Part shown: positions 48,568 through 57,676 of the stretch, piece after piece
Numbering within the stretch: the stretch's first letter is position 1
Layout: each line of letters starts with the position of its first letter
Source of the DNA: a virus
DNA: 64,000 bases
Direction: 5' to 3' (one strand)
Virus record (IMG/VR): IMGVR_UViG_3300036937_000041
Location: 1-64,000 of that record
Program-made: the position numbers and the translations under genes
Notes under the pieces: model-generated
What the model was told of the DNA's origin: nothing
The model's input: the letters and a program-made list of their open reading frames with translations, nothing else
Database searches by the model: none

Positions 48568-49241
48568 CCACCCTGTTCGATCATCACACACTCCGCCTCG
48601 TGGGTCAGCCAGTATATCTGGCGCTCGGTCCCCACATACCACGATATACGCACACCCGACTGCGGTGCGGCCCACACGATGTCGCCAGGCCGCGCCTCGG
48701 TGGGCACCCGATTCTCGTAGTCGATGTCGGTCTTGGTCTTGCGCGGCTCCCCGGGACCGACGGCCACCACCTCCCAGCGACGATAGTCGTCGACGGCCAG
48801 CCGCTCGTCGAGCAAGATGACCCCCGTGTCCGTTTTGTGCTCGCCGACCTTGATCTCACGAAGTAGCAGCCGGTCATACCGGGGGCGGACCCGCGAGATA
48901 TTACCCTGCCCATCCAGATCTACGTAGGCGATTACCCCTCGATCTCGAGTAAACACGTATGTTCGATCATCAGCGCCCTCAAACGTCTCCTTGCCATACC
49001 GAGTGTAGTAGGCGAGCTCCCCGATGTCCAGCGGTGGACGCCTGTACCGTCCTTTACCGTCGGTCAGCCCCGGACCCGCCGAGATGATTCGCCCGATCTT
49101 GGACTCCATAATATTCGTATTGGTCGTCTGCGGAACATAGATGTTTCCGATCTTCTGCGCCCCGTCAAACGCCTCCTCTTTCTCCAGGCAAACCCAATCC
49201 CCGTACATGCGGGCCAGCTTAGCCTTCTCGATGCTAAACAT
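48564..49241 (-). CDS. groES: Co-chaperonin with two tandem GroES (Cpn10) domains
   Basis: GDWV.LE...IYVP...GRIISAGPG and PRYDRLLL...TDTGVIL...EVVAVGPG...PGDIV. Confidence 0.8.
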   Translation of the reverse strand: MFSIEKAKLARMYGDWVCLEKEEAFDGAQKIGNIYVPQTTNTNIMESKIGRIISAGPGLTDGKGRYRRPPLDIGELAYYTRYGKETFEGADDRTYVFTRDRGVIAYVDLDGQGNISRVRPRYDRLLLREIKVGEHKTDTGVILLDERLAVDDYRRWEVVAVGPGEPRKTKTDIDYENRVPTEARPGDIVWAAPQSGVRISWYVGTERQIYWLTHEAECVMIEQGG

Positions 49242-49456
49242 ATTAGACGACCTTCCGTGCCGAGCCGACGAAGAACTTTTTTCGCTGCTCGGCGGTCATC
49301 GAGCCCATCCGCCCCTCAAAGTTCTTGATCGTCTCCCGCACTTCATGCAGGTTGAGACCGCGCATGAGCAACATCTTCACCGTGGGGGCCACCCACAACG
49401 GTGGGTTCTCGGGCAGCTGCAACAGCTCTCGCCCCTCACAGGATATCCCGGTCAAA

Positions 49457-49963
49457 TCACAGCGTTGCATCGTACTCTCCTGTGATCAACGAGTACTGCC
49501 TGAAATACCGATATAGTGGATGATCCTCATCCGTGGACTTGAGGTTCAGGATGCTGCGCAACAGCGATCGGCGGACAAACGTGCACCCGGTCGTGCGCAA
49601 CCACGCCCAGACCACACTCTTCTGCCCCTGGTAGACCAGGACGGCCCCCGGACGCTGCTCCTCGAACGTCAGGTTAAGCGGTTTGATCATCGGGTGCACC
49701 GCCGCATACTCCCGGAAGTCGGCGACCATCCGGTCAAACGGGTTGCCCATCCGAAAACGCTGATCCGCCGGTGTGTCGGAGGCCAGTTGATCGGCCAGGC
49801 TCACACCGTCATCGGCAGGCGGAGGATCGGGCGGCCGCGGAGGATCAACCTTCGGCGGCGACGGCTGTACATTTTTTTGATCGGCGTTCTGCTTCGGCGG
49901 TCGGCCTCGCTTTTTTGACTGCTGCGCCTGCATTATCTTGTCCAATCCTGTGGGCGTCATCAT
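49457..49963 (-). CDS. Hypothetical protein (AT-hook-like KKRGRPPK)
   Basis: Pro-rich N-terminus. Confidence 0.55.
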   Translation of the reverse strand: MMTPTGLDKIMQAQQSKKRGRPPKQNADQKNVQPSPPKVDPPRPPDPPPADDGVSLADQLASDTPADQRFRMGNPFDRMVADFREYAAVHPMIKPLNLTFEEQRPGAVLVYQGQKSVVWAWLRTTGCTFVRRSLLRSILNLKSTDEDHPLYRYFRQYSLITGEYDATL

Positions 49964-50561
49964 CGGCCTCCATAGCTGTATGTTCGACCAATCTGGCCAG
50001 CGCATACGCGTCGGCCAAATCATTTATATTAGTATCATATCCCCATCGTTTGTAAACCTCTTTGATCACCACCTCTTTTTTGATATTCCCCTTACCGATA
50101 TACTTTTTGATCTGCGATGGGACGTACTCAAGATAGGATGTGAGGCGCAGGGTGTCCATGGCGCGCGCGCGCGCAAACATTGTCAGCACAAACACGGTGA
50201 ACGCCCGATCTACCTTGGCCCCCGCACCCACATGCGATCCCATTGGAATCTCAATCCCAAGATAAATATTTGGAGTGCCGTCGGCCCCCGTGGCGAACAA
50301 CATGCTTCGATATAGCTCTTCGACTGCGTGCCCGACCGCATGCGCGTAGCCCATGACCTCCCATATATTCATACTCAAATCATATCCAACTTTTGAGCTA
50401 GAATGAACATCCCCAGGGATGTAGATGAAGTTAGACGTGTACACCCCGTCTTCCTTGGACTTCGATCTGACTATGTTCACCGACGCATATAAATCTTGTT
50501 CTTTGAGAACGATAATCCCCGTGCTACTCAAACTGGGGTCAACGCCTATGTAAAAGTTCAT
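49845..50561 (-). CDS. ruvC: RuvC-like Holliday junction resolvase
   Basis: IGVDPSLSSTG, GIE, PSQIKK..GKGN..K, NDLADAYALA. Confidence 0.85.
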   Translation of the reverse strand: MNFYIGVDPSLSSTGIIVLKEQDLYASVNIVRSKSKEDGVYTSNFIYIPGDVHSSSKVGYDLSMNIWEVMGYAHAVGHAVEELYRSMLFATGADGTPNIYLGIEIPMGSHVGAGAKVDRAFTVFVLTMFARARAMDTLRLTSYLEYVPSQIKKYIGKGNIKKEVVIKEVYKRWGYDTNINDLADAYALARLVEHTAMEADDDAHRIGQDNAGAAVKKARPTAEAERRSKKCTAVAAEG

Positions 50562-50630
50562 GACACTCCTTGTCTTATATGTTCATTATACGCCAGAAGG
50601 TCAGATCGTCCAAGATAAAAGTTTAACATT

Positions 50631-52838
50631 CTACTCGCCGATGGCCACCGATGACCTACCATTTTCCTTGGAGACGATAAGTCGGTAATCGGTGTCGATC
50701 ACTATGTCGTCTATTTTTGTATGGGTGATCAAAAACTTCTGCCCCTCTATCTTGTTCAGCAGGGCGAAAAAGTAGGTCATACCCGTCGAGTCTATGTTGT
50801 CCAGCAGTTCGTCGACCAGCAAGTAGCCCAGGGTGGTGCCCGCCGCCCGTTGGAGCGCCAGTCTCCGGAGCCCAAATCCGACGGCGACCATGATCCTCGA
50901 CTTCTCACCCCCCGAGTAGGAGCTGTAGTTCGCCCAGTGCTGGCCGTCAAACACCTCGATGGCAAACCCGATCTTGGTCCCATCCCCCGAGCGCTTATCC
51001 ACCTCGGTGACAAACCGAATGCGCTCCGCGATCTCCAGCTCTGATAGATATTCGTTTACCTGGCTCTCGAACAGGGGGACAAACGAGTCTATGATCTTCC
51101 GCTTGATCTCTGGGTATATCTTAGACCAGTAGACAAGCTGGGCCGCCCGCTCTCGCTTGGCCGCCACCGCGGACTCACTCGCGCCCAGCTGCTGCCCCAG
51201 CTCGGACAGCCGTGCCAACGAGGTCTCGGTCGCACCCTTCTGCTCGGTCATGTGCAGGATCATCCGCTGTAGACCATTAATTTCATCATCGGTGTCCGCC
51301 ACAGCGGTGTTCAGCGCCGACATAAGATCGGTATGGTGCTCGCCCAGCAGCATATTAATCTTGCGGACAAGTTGAACAGTGTCAAGATCATGCTTTTCGG
51401 TGGCCGAATGCATGTCTGCCTTCGCCTGGTCATATGCGGCCTGCATCTGATTAACCTTGACGATCAGCTGATCGTACCCGGATAGGTCAAGAGCGTCAAC
51501 CTGCGCCTTCAAGTCGATCATCTTCTTCATCGCAAACTGCTGTGCCGATAACTTTGATCTGCTTTGCAGTAGATCGGCAACTTTTATCTCATGCGCATTC
51601 TCAAGCTGTTCGAGCTTCGCCTGCGCGGACGCCCGGGCGGCCTGCGCGTCGGCCAACCGTTGTTCGGCGATCTGCATGTCAAACTTTGCCACCTTGTTGT
51701 GGCTGACCATCAGGCTCTGCGAACAATAGGGGCATGCCTGCGCGTGGTCTACCTGTGATCGCAGATCGGCCTCCAGGTCGATCGCGGTCTGCAGCTCGGA
51801 CCGGGTGGCCATCATCTCCGCATGCGCCGCGGCTTTGTCACGTTCCAGGCCGACAATCTGATCCTTAACCTCATCTACCTTGACGCGCAGCCCCTCGTAC
51901 TCCGGGGCCGTCCGCTCCCACTGGGCGCGCAGCTCCAGCCCCCGCTGATTATCGACGGTCGCCCGCTCATACTGGGCGGCGAGCCGCCGCGCCTCATCCA
52001 CAACTTTTTGATATCTATCTTTTGCTGAGGAGTAGGTGCTCGCTATCTCTCTGCTTTGCCGAACATACTCGTCCAGCTGTGTGCGCGCGCTCTTCTTGGC
52101 CTCCAAGTTGGTGCGCGCCAACCCCAGGCTCTCCAGTATGTCCTTCAGCTTGGCATCCAGCGCCGCAGGATCACCATATGCGGCTATCTGCTCGTGCATC
52201 GACGCTATCGTGGCCTCCGCGTACGCCAGTGCCTCTCTATCGGCCTTTAGATCGTCTTTGACCAGCTGAGCGGCAACGTCAAGGCTGCCCAGGCCCATAA
52301 ATCGTTCGAGCACCTGCTGACGCTCAGCCGGTGTCGCCTCGGCGGACAGAAATCCTCGGCCGCTCATCGCCGAAAAGTATATCTGCGATAGATAGTCGTC
52401 AAATCCCTTGCGCTCATCGTATCCCAAGTATCTACATATAGCTTTTTGGGTCAGGGTGGCCGTACGCAACGTCAGGTCAGTCTGGGCGGCGCCGCGCACG
52501 ACCGTCGCCTTCAACACCGATTTCTTTCCGCGCTCCCGGGTGATCACCAGTTCATCGTCGCCGCGCATCAACGTCAAGGATGCTGTCGCATGGTCGGCGC
52601 CCCGGCGCAGTATATCTCCGGTAAAGTCATCTCCGCGGGGAACCTTGCCCCAGATAGCCCAGCTTATCACGTCGAACAGACTCGACTTGCCCGCCCCATT
52701 CGAATCGGCGCCCGAATCATCCAGGTTTTGCCCGAGCACCAGCGCCGTTTTATCGGCGGGGAGCTCTATGTTCAACGATTCATATGAAAATAGATTAGAC
52801 GCGCTGATCCGTAGAATCTGCCAGCCACTAACTGTCAT
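50631..52838 (-). CDS. sbcC: SbcC/Rad50 ATPase
   Basis: NGAGKSS, coiled coil with CPYC hook, YSGGE, LLVDE, ITH. Confidence 0.92.
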   Translation of the reverse strand: MTVSGWQILRISASNLFSYESLNIELPADKTALVLGQNLDDSGADSNGAGKSSLFDVISWAIWGKVPRGDDFTGDILRRGADHATASLTLMRGDDELVITRERGKKSVLKATVVRGAAQTDLTLRTATLTQKAICRYLGYDERKGFDDYLSQIYFSAMSGRGFLSAEATPAERQQVLERFMGLGSLDVAAQLVKDDLKADREALAYAEATIASMHEQIAAYGDPAALDAKLKDILESLGLARTNLEAKKSARTQLDEYVRQSREIASTYSSAKDRYQKVVDEARRLAAQYERATVDNQRGLELRAQWERTAPEYEGLRVKVDEVKDQIVGLERDKAAAHAEMMATRSELQTAIDLEADLRSQVDHAQACPYCSQSLMVSHNKVAKFDMQIAEQRLADAQAARASAQAKLEQLENAHEIKVADLLQSRSKLSAQQFAMKKMIDLKAQVDALDLSGYDQLIVKVNQMQAAYDQAKADMHSATEKHDLDTVQLVRKINMLLGEHHTDLMSALNTAVADTDDEINGLQRMILHMTEQKGATETSLARLSELGQQLGASESAVAAKRERAAQLVYWSKIYPEIKRKIIDSFVPLFESQVNEYLSELEIAERIRFVTEVDKRSGDGTKIGFAIEVFDGQHWANYSSYSGGEKSRIMVAVGFGLRRLALQRAAGTTLGYLLVDELLDNIDSTGMTYFFALLNKIEGQKFLITHTKIDDIVIDTDYRLIVSKENGRSSVAIGE

Positions 52839-53403
52839 AGGTAAATCTTTCCATTTTAGCCGTCAACGATACATAAAGTGGATGCTTTGGATGCCCATCT
52901 TTTGACCGGCCAACAGAGTAGACGGCGACCCCCTGCGCGGCCAACCATGCCGACCAATATCTTCCTTGACCTCGGTGAGCGCCGTGCACACCCCAGGCGG
53001 CCACCACACTCCTGTCCACCAGATCGGTGGAGTTGGGGAACATAAACCTCATATCGGCAACGTAGGTCGGGATGCACTCTAAATATGCAAGGTTATGCTC
53101 GCCAACAGGATCATCTTCTCCGTAGAGCTGGCGGGGATCCGTAGACCGCAGGGCAAACAGATTATAGACCTCAAACCCCCCGTAGCCCATGGCCTTCGCA
53201 TATGAGCCACATTTTTTAACCGTAGGGTCAAGATACTGCTCGTCGGCCGTCGACGGGTTGAGCATAATCCAGATCATCGACGGATGCTGCAGCGACCACA
53301 TGCGCCAAAAACGATATCGATATCGTGTATCACCGCTGAACACCGCCCCGGCGTACGCGTTTCCGCGAACAAGATCGTCGTCAAACTTAGTGCCCGGATG
53401 CAT
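52828..53403 (-). CDS. DUF1643 family protein
   Basis: YRY...R.W, MLNPSTAD...DPT, NLFALRST.P, VAAWG, G.PKHPLY. Confidence 0.88.
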   Translation of the reverse strand: MHPGTKFDDDLVRGNAYAGAVFSGDTRYRYRFWRMWSLQHPSMIWIMLNPSTADEQYLDPTVKKCGSYAKAMGYGGFEVYNLFALRSTDPRQLYGEDDPVGEHNLAYLECIPTYVADMRFMFPNSTDLVDRSVVAAWGVHGAHRGQGRYWSAWLAAQGVAVYSVGRSKDGHPKHPLYVSLTAKMERFTYDS

Positions 53404-54490
53404 CTTGGCCCTCCAGTGCACGATGATAGTATTCGGCGCCCGGCGCAGGATCCTGGCCGTCGGCGCGCGCCTGATCGACGAGCATCTGCACTATGTTCAG
53501 CTTGTCCGTTCCCTCATATTTTGGGAGTTCGGCGGTCGCCCGACGGCCCACCGGTTTGAAATTCCAGATCACCTTTGACGCGCCGAGCTTGGTCAACAAC
53601 TTAGCATATCGACCGGGGTTGCACGTGGCAAACCAATCATGAGATCCCTCATACACAAGTTTAATCACATCCCCCTCGCCGATCTCCACATCAAGAGGCC
53701 GATCAATTTCGTCTTTCCGTCCCTCAACAAATTTGATCTCGGTCAGTCCTATATCATCCAGGGGATAGAATTTGTGAGTGGTGTCCAGAATAGCATGGCT
53801 ATGCTGATCGTACTCGATGGTAACCAAACAGCATCGAGGTTCAATATGCATATCCCCAAAGTTTGCGCGCGCCATCGCACCCACGTAGACCACTTTGTCG
53901 ACGAGCACCTGTCCCCTGTGGATGTGACCCAGATACGTGGGCCACAGACGAGAAGTAAAGTACGCTTGATCTACCCCGGACAACTCTTGCTCTCCCGATG
54001 GGTAGACCGCACCCCGAACACCAAAGTGCCCGAGCACCATATGCTGCGGATGATCGGCCAACGCGGCGACAATCTGATCATAATTGATCTCCGGAACGTA
54101 GATCAAATCGGACAGCACAGGATGATCCTCGACGCCGGTCACCAGGTGATAGCCGGAGGCCAGCAACGATGCATCAAGACCATCGGCTTCTCGGCCATCC
54201 GTTTCATGGTTTCCGCACACGCGGACCACCCGTATGTGCGCGTCGAGCGCGCGGGAGATAACCCGAGCATAGGCGTTGCGCAACCGCGACGCCGGGTTTA
54301 TCGAGTCAAATAGATCTCCGAGGTCAACCAGCTCGTCAACGGACTCACGGACCGCCAGCTCGATAACCGATTCGAGCAAGAATAGTTTTCGGTCGATCCG
54401 GGTGGTCAACCGGCCGCCCGGCAACGGGGTGCCCAGCGGATCGTTAATCCGCAGATGCAGATCAGAGTGGAGTAGTATTTTGTACGTCAT
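53387..54490 (-). CDS. sbcD: SbcD/Mre11 metallophosphoesterase nuclease
   Basis: SDLH, LGDLFD, GNHE, GH, LGHIH. Confidence 0.9.
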   Translation of the reverse strand: MTYKILLHSDLHLRINDPLGTPLPGGRLTTRIDRKLFLLESVIELAVRESVDELVDLGDLFDSINPASRLRNAYARVISRALDAHIRVVRVCGNHETDGREADGLDASLLASGYHLVTGVEDHPVLSDLIYVPEINYDQIVAALADHPQHMVLGHFGVRGAVYPSGEQELSGVDQAYFTSRLWPTYLGHIHRGQVLVDKVVYVGAMARANFGDMHIEPRCCLVTIEYDQHSHAILDTTHKFYPLDDIGLTEIKFVEGRKDEIDRPLDVEIGEGDVIKLVYEGSHDWFATCNPGRYAKLLTKLGASKVIWNFKPVGRRATAELPKYEGTDKLNIVQMLVDQARADGQDPAPGAEYYHRALEGQDASGH

Positions 54491-54493
54491 AGT

Positions 54494-54706
54494 CTATTCT
54501 ACGCTAAGCAGCTGCAGCAGCGATTTAAGCTGCGCCACAATAGCCTTCGCCTTAGGTTTGGTTACCTGCTTACCGGTCATCAACTCCGAGCAGGTAAACG
54601 CATGATCAACAATGTGCAACATATGGTATATTGCCCGCTCATCCGCTTCCGGAAAGTCACTCTTGATCGTCTGAATCAGTATCTGTTTTTCTTGTTCGTT
54701 GAGCAT
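54494..54706 (-). CDS. Hypothetical protein
   Basis: 70 aa. Confidence 0.5.
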   Translation of the reverse strand: MLNEQEKQILIQTIKSDFPEADERAIYHMLHIVDHAFTCSELMTGKQVTKPKAKAIVAQLKSLLQLLSVE

Positions 54707-55847
54707 TTGAGAACCTTAAAATATAGTCGTACAAAGGTTTGCACTCTGGCTGCTTACAGAAGGATACAAACGTGTCGGCGCCATGCCACTTCATGTCAAT
54801 GTCCATGATCGGAAATTCATCGACCATGACAGGATTTGGATAATACCACGACCCCGACTTGGTGATCACCTTCTTTCTGATCGCCAGGTCTACGATAGCC
54901 TTGCTATCGGTGGTGAACACCCCCGTCCGATTATCCAGATAGAGCTCGATAAACCGACCGCCGGGGCTCAGCTTGGTCTTCTGACACGTTATCTTGACCC
55001 GCGTGTATATTGGGTTACCACTCTCATCCAGATCCTCATAGGACATGCCCCTGCGGGTCAACCACAGGCGTTGTGAGTAGATAAACTGAATGTCGCGGCT
55101 TCCACTCACATCATTCCCATAGCCGTCAAACGCGTGTTTCAGGTGGTTGATGGTGATCAACGTCACCCCCGAGTCCGTGCCCTTGACCACCTTACGCCCT
55201 TTGTTCTTGGGCGTCAGCGGAGCCCACCCGTTCTTCCACAGCTTGGCGAACATGGCGACCAGTTGGGCGCCCGCCATCTTGGTGTTCATCTTGGCCCCGA
55301 CCAGCCGCGCGTCAGATGTTGATTCACCCTCTATGCCAAACAGCGAGTCGATGACAATCAGATTATATCCAAGCTCTGCCAAGCGGAATATCTCTTCTAA
55401 AAACTGGGGGCCGCTCAAGAACGTGCGCGTGCGCACGCCCTTGACCATACGGTCCTCATACCCTTTGAACACATGGTATGTACCGGGGGGCATGCCGATC
55501 CGCGCCGCATAATCTTCGGTGAACGTCCCCTCGTTCTCGGCGATCACACACGTTAACCCGGCGGCTATCGCCTCTCTGACTATATTGAGCGCCAGCGTGG
55601 TCTTCCCCGCACTGGTCTCCCCCGCCAGCTCTATCGCGCGCCCGAGCGCAATACCTCCGATGGACAGCACATCGTAGTCGAGCTGGGCTATTCCAGTGGG
55701 CAACACCTCGGGCGGGGTAAACTCGGAGGATACGGCGATGGTCCCCCGCCCTTTGGCCTGCTTGTGCGCGACCGCCAGCTGATCAAGTTTGCTGACCACC
55801 CGGTTGGTCTGCTTGCCCTTGCCCATCAGATCGTCGAGCTGGCCCAT
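54657..55847 (-). CDS. recA: RecA/UvsX-like recombinase
   Basis: PTGI..LD.....GG, GETSAGKTT, IVIDS, G.WY. Confidence 0.9.
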   Translation of the reverse strand: MGQLDDLMGKGKQTNRVVSKLDQLAVAHKQAKGRGTIAVSSEFTPPEVLPTGIAQLDYDVLSIGGIALGRAIELAGETSAGKTTLALNIVREAIAAGLTCVIAENEGTFTEDYAARIGMPPGTYHVFKGYEDRMVKGVRTRTFLSGPQFLEEIFRLAELGYNLIVIDSLFGIEGESTSDARLVGAKMNTKMAGAQLVAMFAKLWKNGWAPLTPKNKGRKVVKGTDSGVTLITINHLKHAFDGYGNDVSGSRDIQFIYSQRLWLTRRGMSYEDLDESGNPIYTRVKITCQKTKLSPGGRFIELYLDNRTGVFTTDSKAIVDLAIRKKVITKSGSWYYPNPVMVDEFPIMDIDMKWHGADTFVSFCKQPECKPLYDYILRFSNAQRTRKTDTDSDDQE

Positions 55848-55850
55848 CGG

Positions 55851-57080
55851 CTACTCATCCCCCTCGCTGGCAAAATCCTCGACGAAGGCCGGACGACTGC
55901 CCGCCGGAGCAGGTTTTGCCGAGGCCGGAGCGGGCTTGGCCGCCGGAGTGGGCTTGGCCGCGGCCGCCTGCTTTTTGCCGCCCATCAAACCGGCCAACTT
56001 GGACCCGGGCGCGGGCTGTGTGGGCGCAGTAGTAGGGGCACTCGTAGCCGCTGCGGCCGCCGGGGGCGCCACAGTGGCCGCCTGTGCGGGCGGGGGCGCC
56101 ACATTTGGGGCAGGCTGTGACGGCGGTGTGGCCTCGGCCGCGATCCGACCACTCTGAATCTGAACCAGGCCACCGGCAATCGAACCGTGAGATATCTGCT
56201 GTCGATTTAGCGCGTCCGCAAACTCTTGGGGATCGGGGAAGATCATTACATGATCGTTGTTCAGCGCATCCAGGCAAAGCGGCGCCCTTATCGCTAACTG
56301 CTCGGCAATGTCCTCCGGGGACTGCGGCTGGTAGAGCGGAAACATCTCCGCCTCTTCGGAGAACATCTGGAGCACACCGTACTCAACGTCGGTGAATATC
56401 CCGAGCTCTACCGAGTTTTTCTCCAGCTCATCAAGATTATGTGGCTCCAGAATCGCCTTGTCGAACTGTCCGGCAAACGGGTTATTTTTTGCCCCGTGAA
56501 CCGTGTACGTGGTTTTGAACTTTTCCCGCTGGTTGCCCTCTTTCTTGATCTTTCGAATAACGATATCGTGCACCCAGTGGGGGCCGAACGCCAGCTTTTG
56601 CGGATCATCTTCATCCGGCTGGTTGCGCAGCAACCTGATCGCGTTGGTAATCGTCCACCCCGCTTCTAAAAACTTGATCTGCGGTTCGCTGTCCCGCCGG
56701 TCAAATACGGGGATCACCCAGAGCTTCTGGGGGTCAAAAAACGATTTGATCTCCTCGGTCACGCCCACCGGTCGATTTTGCTTGCGGATCTCCAGGTCAA
56801 TCTGGCGCAGCATGTCGACGACCGTCGGCTGCTTCTGCCAACCCAGAGGTTTGTACGTGAGGGGCAGCCGGATCGACCGCCAACTCTGTCGCAGCTGGCC
56901 GGGGTTCTTATCGTCGGGGACCAGACATGGGTACACTACTTTGTGCACCGGAAGTATGGGCTCCAGCGCTCGGAACTTATATGAAATATCGTACTCCAGA
57001 CTTTTCATCTGGATCACGTTCCCCGGCTCATATCCACCGGCCTTTACCGCGTCGTCTACTGTGCTATCGTGTCTCATCAC
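55851..57080 (-). CDS. Single-stranded DNA-binding protein (gp32-like, tentative)
   Basis: Position before RecA; DIVI.K..G....TTY; Ala/Pro linker; acidic tail FVEDFASEGDE. Confidence 0.6.
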   Translation of the reverse strand: MMRHDSTVDDAVKAGGYEPGNVIQMKSLEYDISYKFRALEPILPVHKVVYPCLVPDDKNPGQLRQSWRSIRLPLTYKPLGWQKQPTVVDMLRQIDLEIRKQNRPVGVTEEIKSFFDPQKLWVIPVFDRRDSEPQIKFLEAGWTITNAIRLLRNQPDEDDPQKLAFGPHWVHDIVIRKIKKEGNQREKFKTTYTVHGAKNNPFAGQFDKAILEPHNLDELEKNSVELGIFTDVEYGVLQMFSEEAEMFPLYQPQSPEDIAEQLAIRAPLCLDALNNDHVMIFPDPQEFADALNRQQISHGSIAGGLVQIQSGRIAAEATPPSQPAPNVAPPPAQAATVAPPAAAAATSAPTTAPTQPAPGSKLAGLMGGKKQAAAAKPTPAAKPAPASAKPAPAGSRPAFVEDFASEGDE

Positions 57081-57089
57081 CTAACTCCT

Positions 57090-57653
57090 TTATTGTTTAT
57101 AGCGCAAGTTCATTAGAATTTTAGCCCTCGAATCAATATCGTCAGCAATAGCCTTCACCAAGTTCATCCCCCGCTTGATCTTCTCCATATAGTCGTGCCA
57201 CGCTCGATTTTCTTGTTCATAGTCGATTAGAAATTGGTTCTGTACATCATCTTTTGTCACCGTAATGGCCGTCTTGCTCAGCGCACCCGCTTTGAACAAT
57301 GCTATTTTATCATCGATTAACTTCCGTTGACACTTCATATACCGGGGGGCGGTCCACGCCCGATATTCTCGCTCCGCCTTCGCCAAGTACAGATCTAGGT
57401 CGGCCTCCATCTCCCGAAAGGTAAACCGATGCTGAGAGCAGACGGTCAGCTGCTCTTCGCGTTCATCGTCGGTCAACCTGGTGACCAGCGTCTCGGACGC
57501 TATGGAAACAAAGTTCATCACCTCCAAAAATTGACCTCCGAACACCCGGCGCTCTATGATCTCCGTCAGCTCCTCCGCCCAGCTGGAAAACCTATCCAGC
57601 ATGTCCTCGCGCGCGACATCGGTCGCCATATATCGAAAATCAGTATGTTGCAT
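57090..57653 (-). CDS. Helical protein, possibly UvsY-like recombination mediator
   Basis: All-helical 187 aa ORF next to SSB/RecA. Confidence 0.4.
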   Translation of the reverse strand: MQHTDFRYMATDVAREDMLDRFSSWAEELTEIIERRVFGGQFLEVMNFVSIASETLVTRLTDDEREEQLTVCSQHRFTFREMEADLDLYLAKAEREYRAWTAPRYMKCQRKLIDDKIALFKAGALSKTAITVTKDDVQNQFLIDYEQENRAWHDYMEKIKRGMNLVKAIADDIDSRAKILMNLRYKQ

Positions 57654-57676
57654 ACACTCTCATTATACGCTAATTT

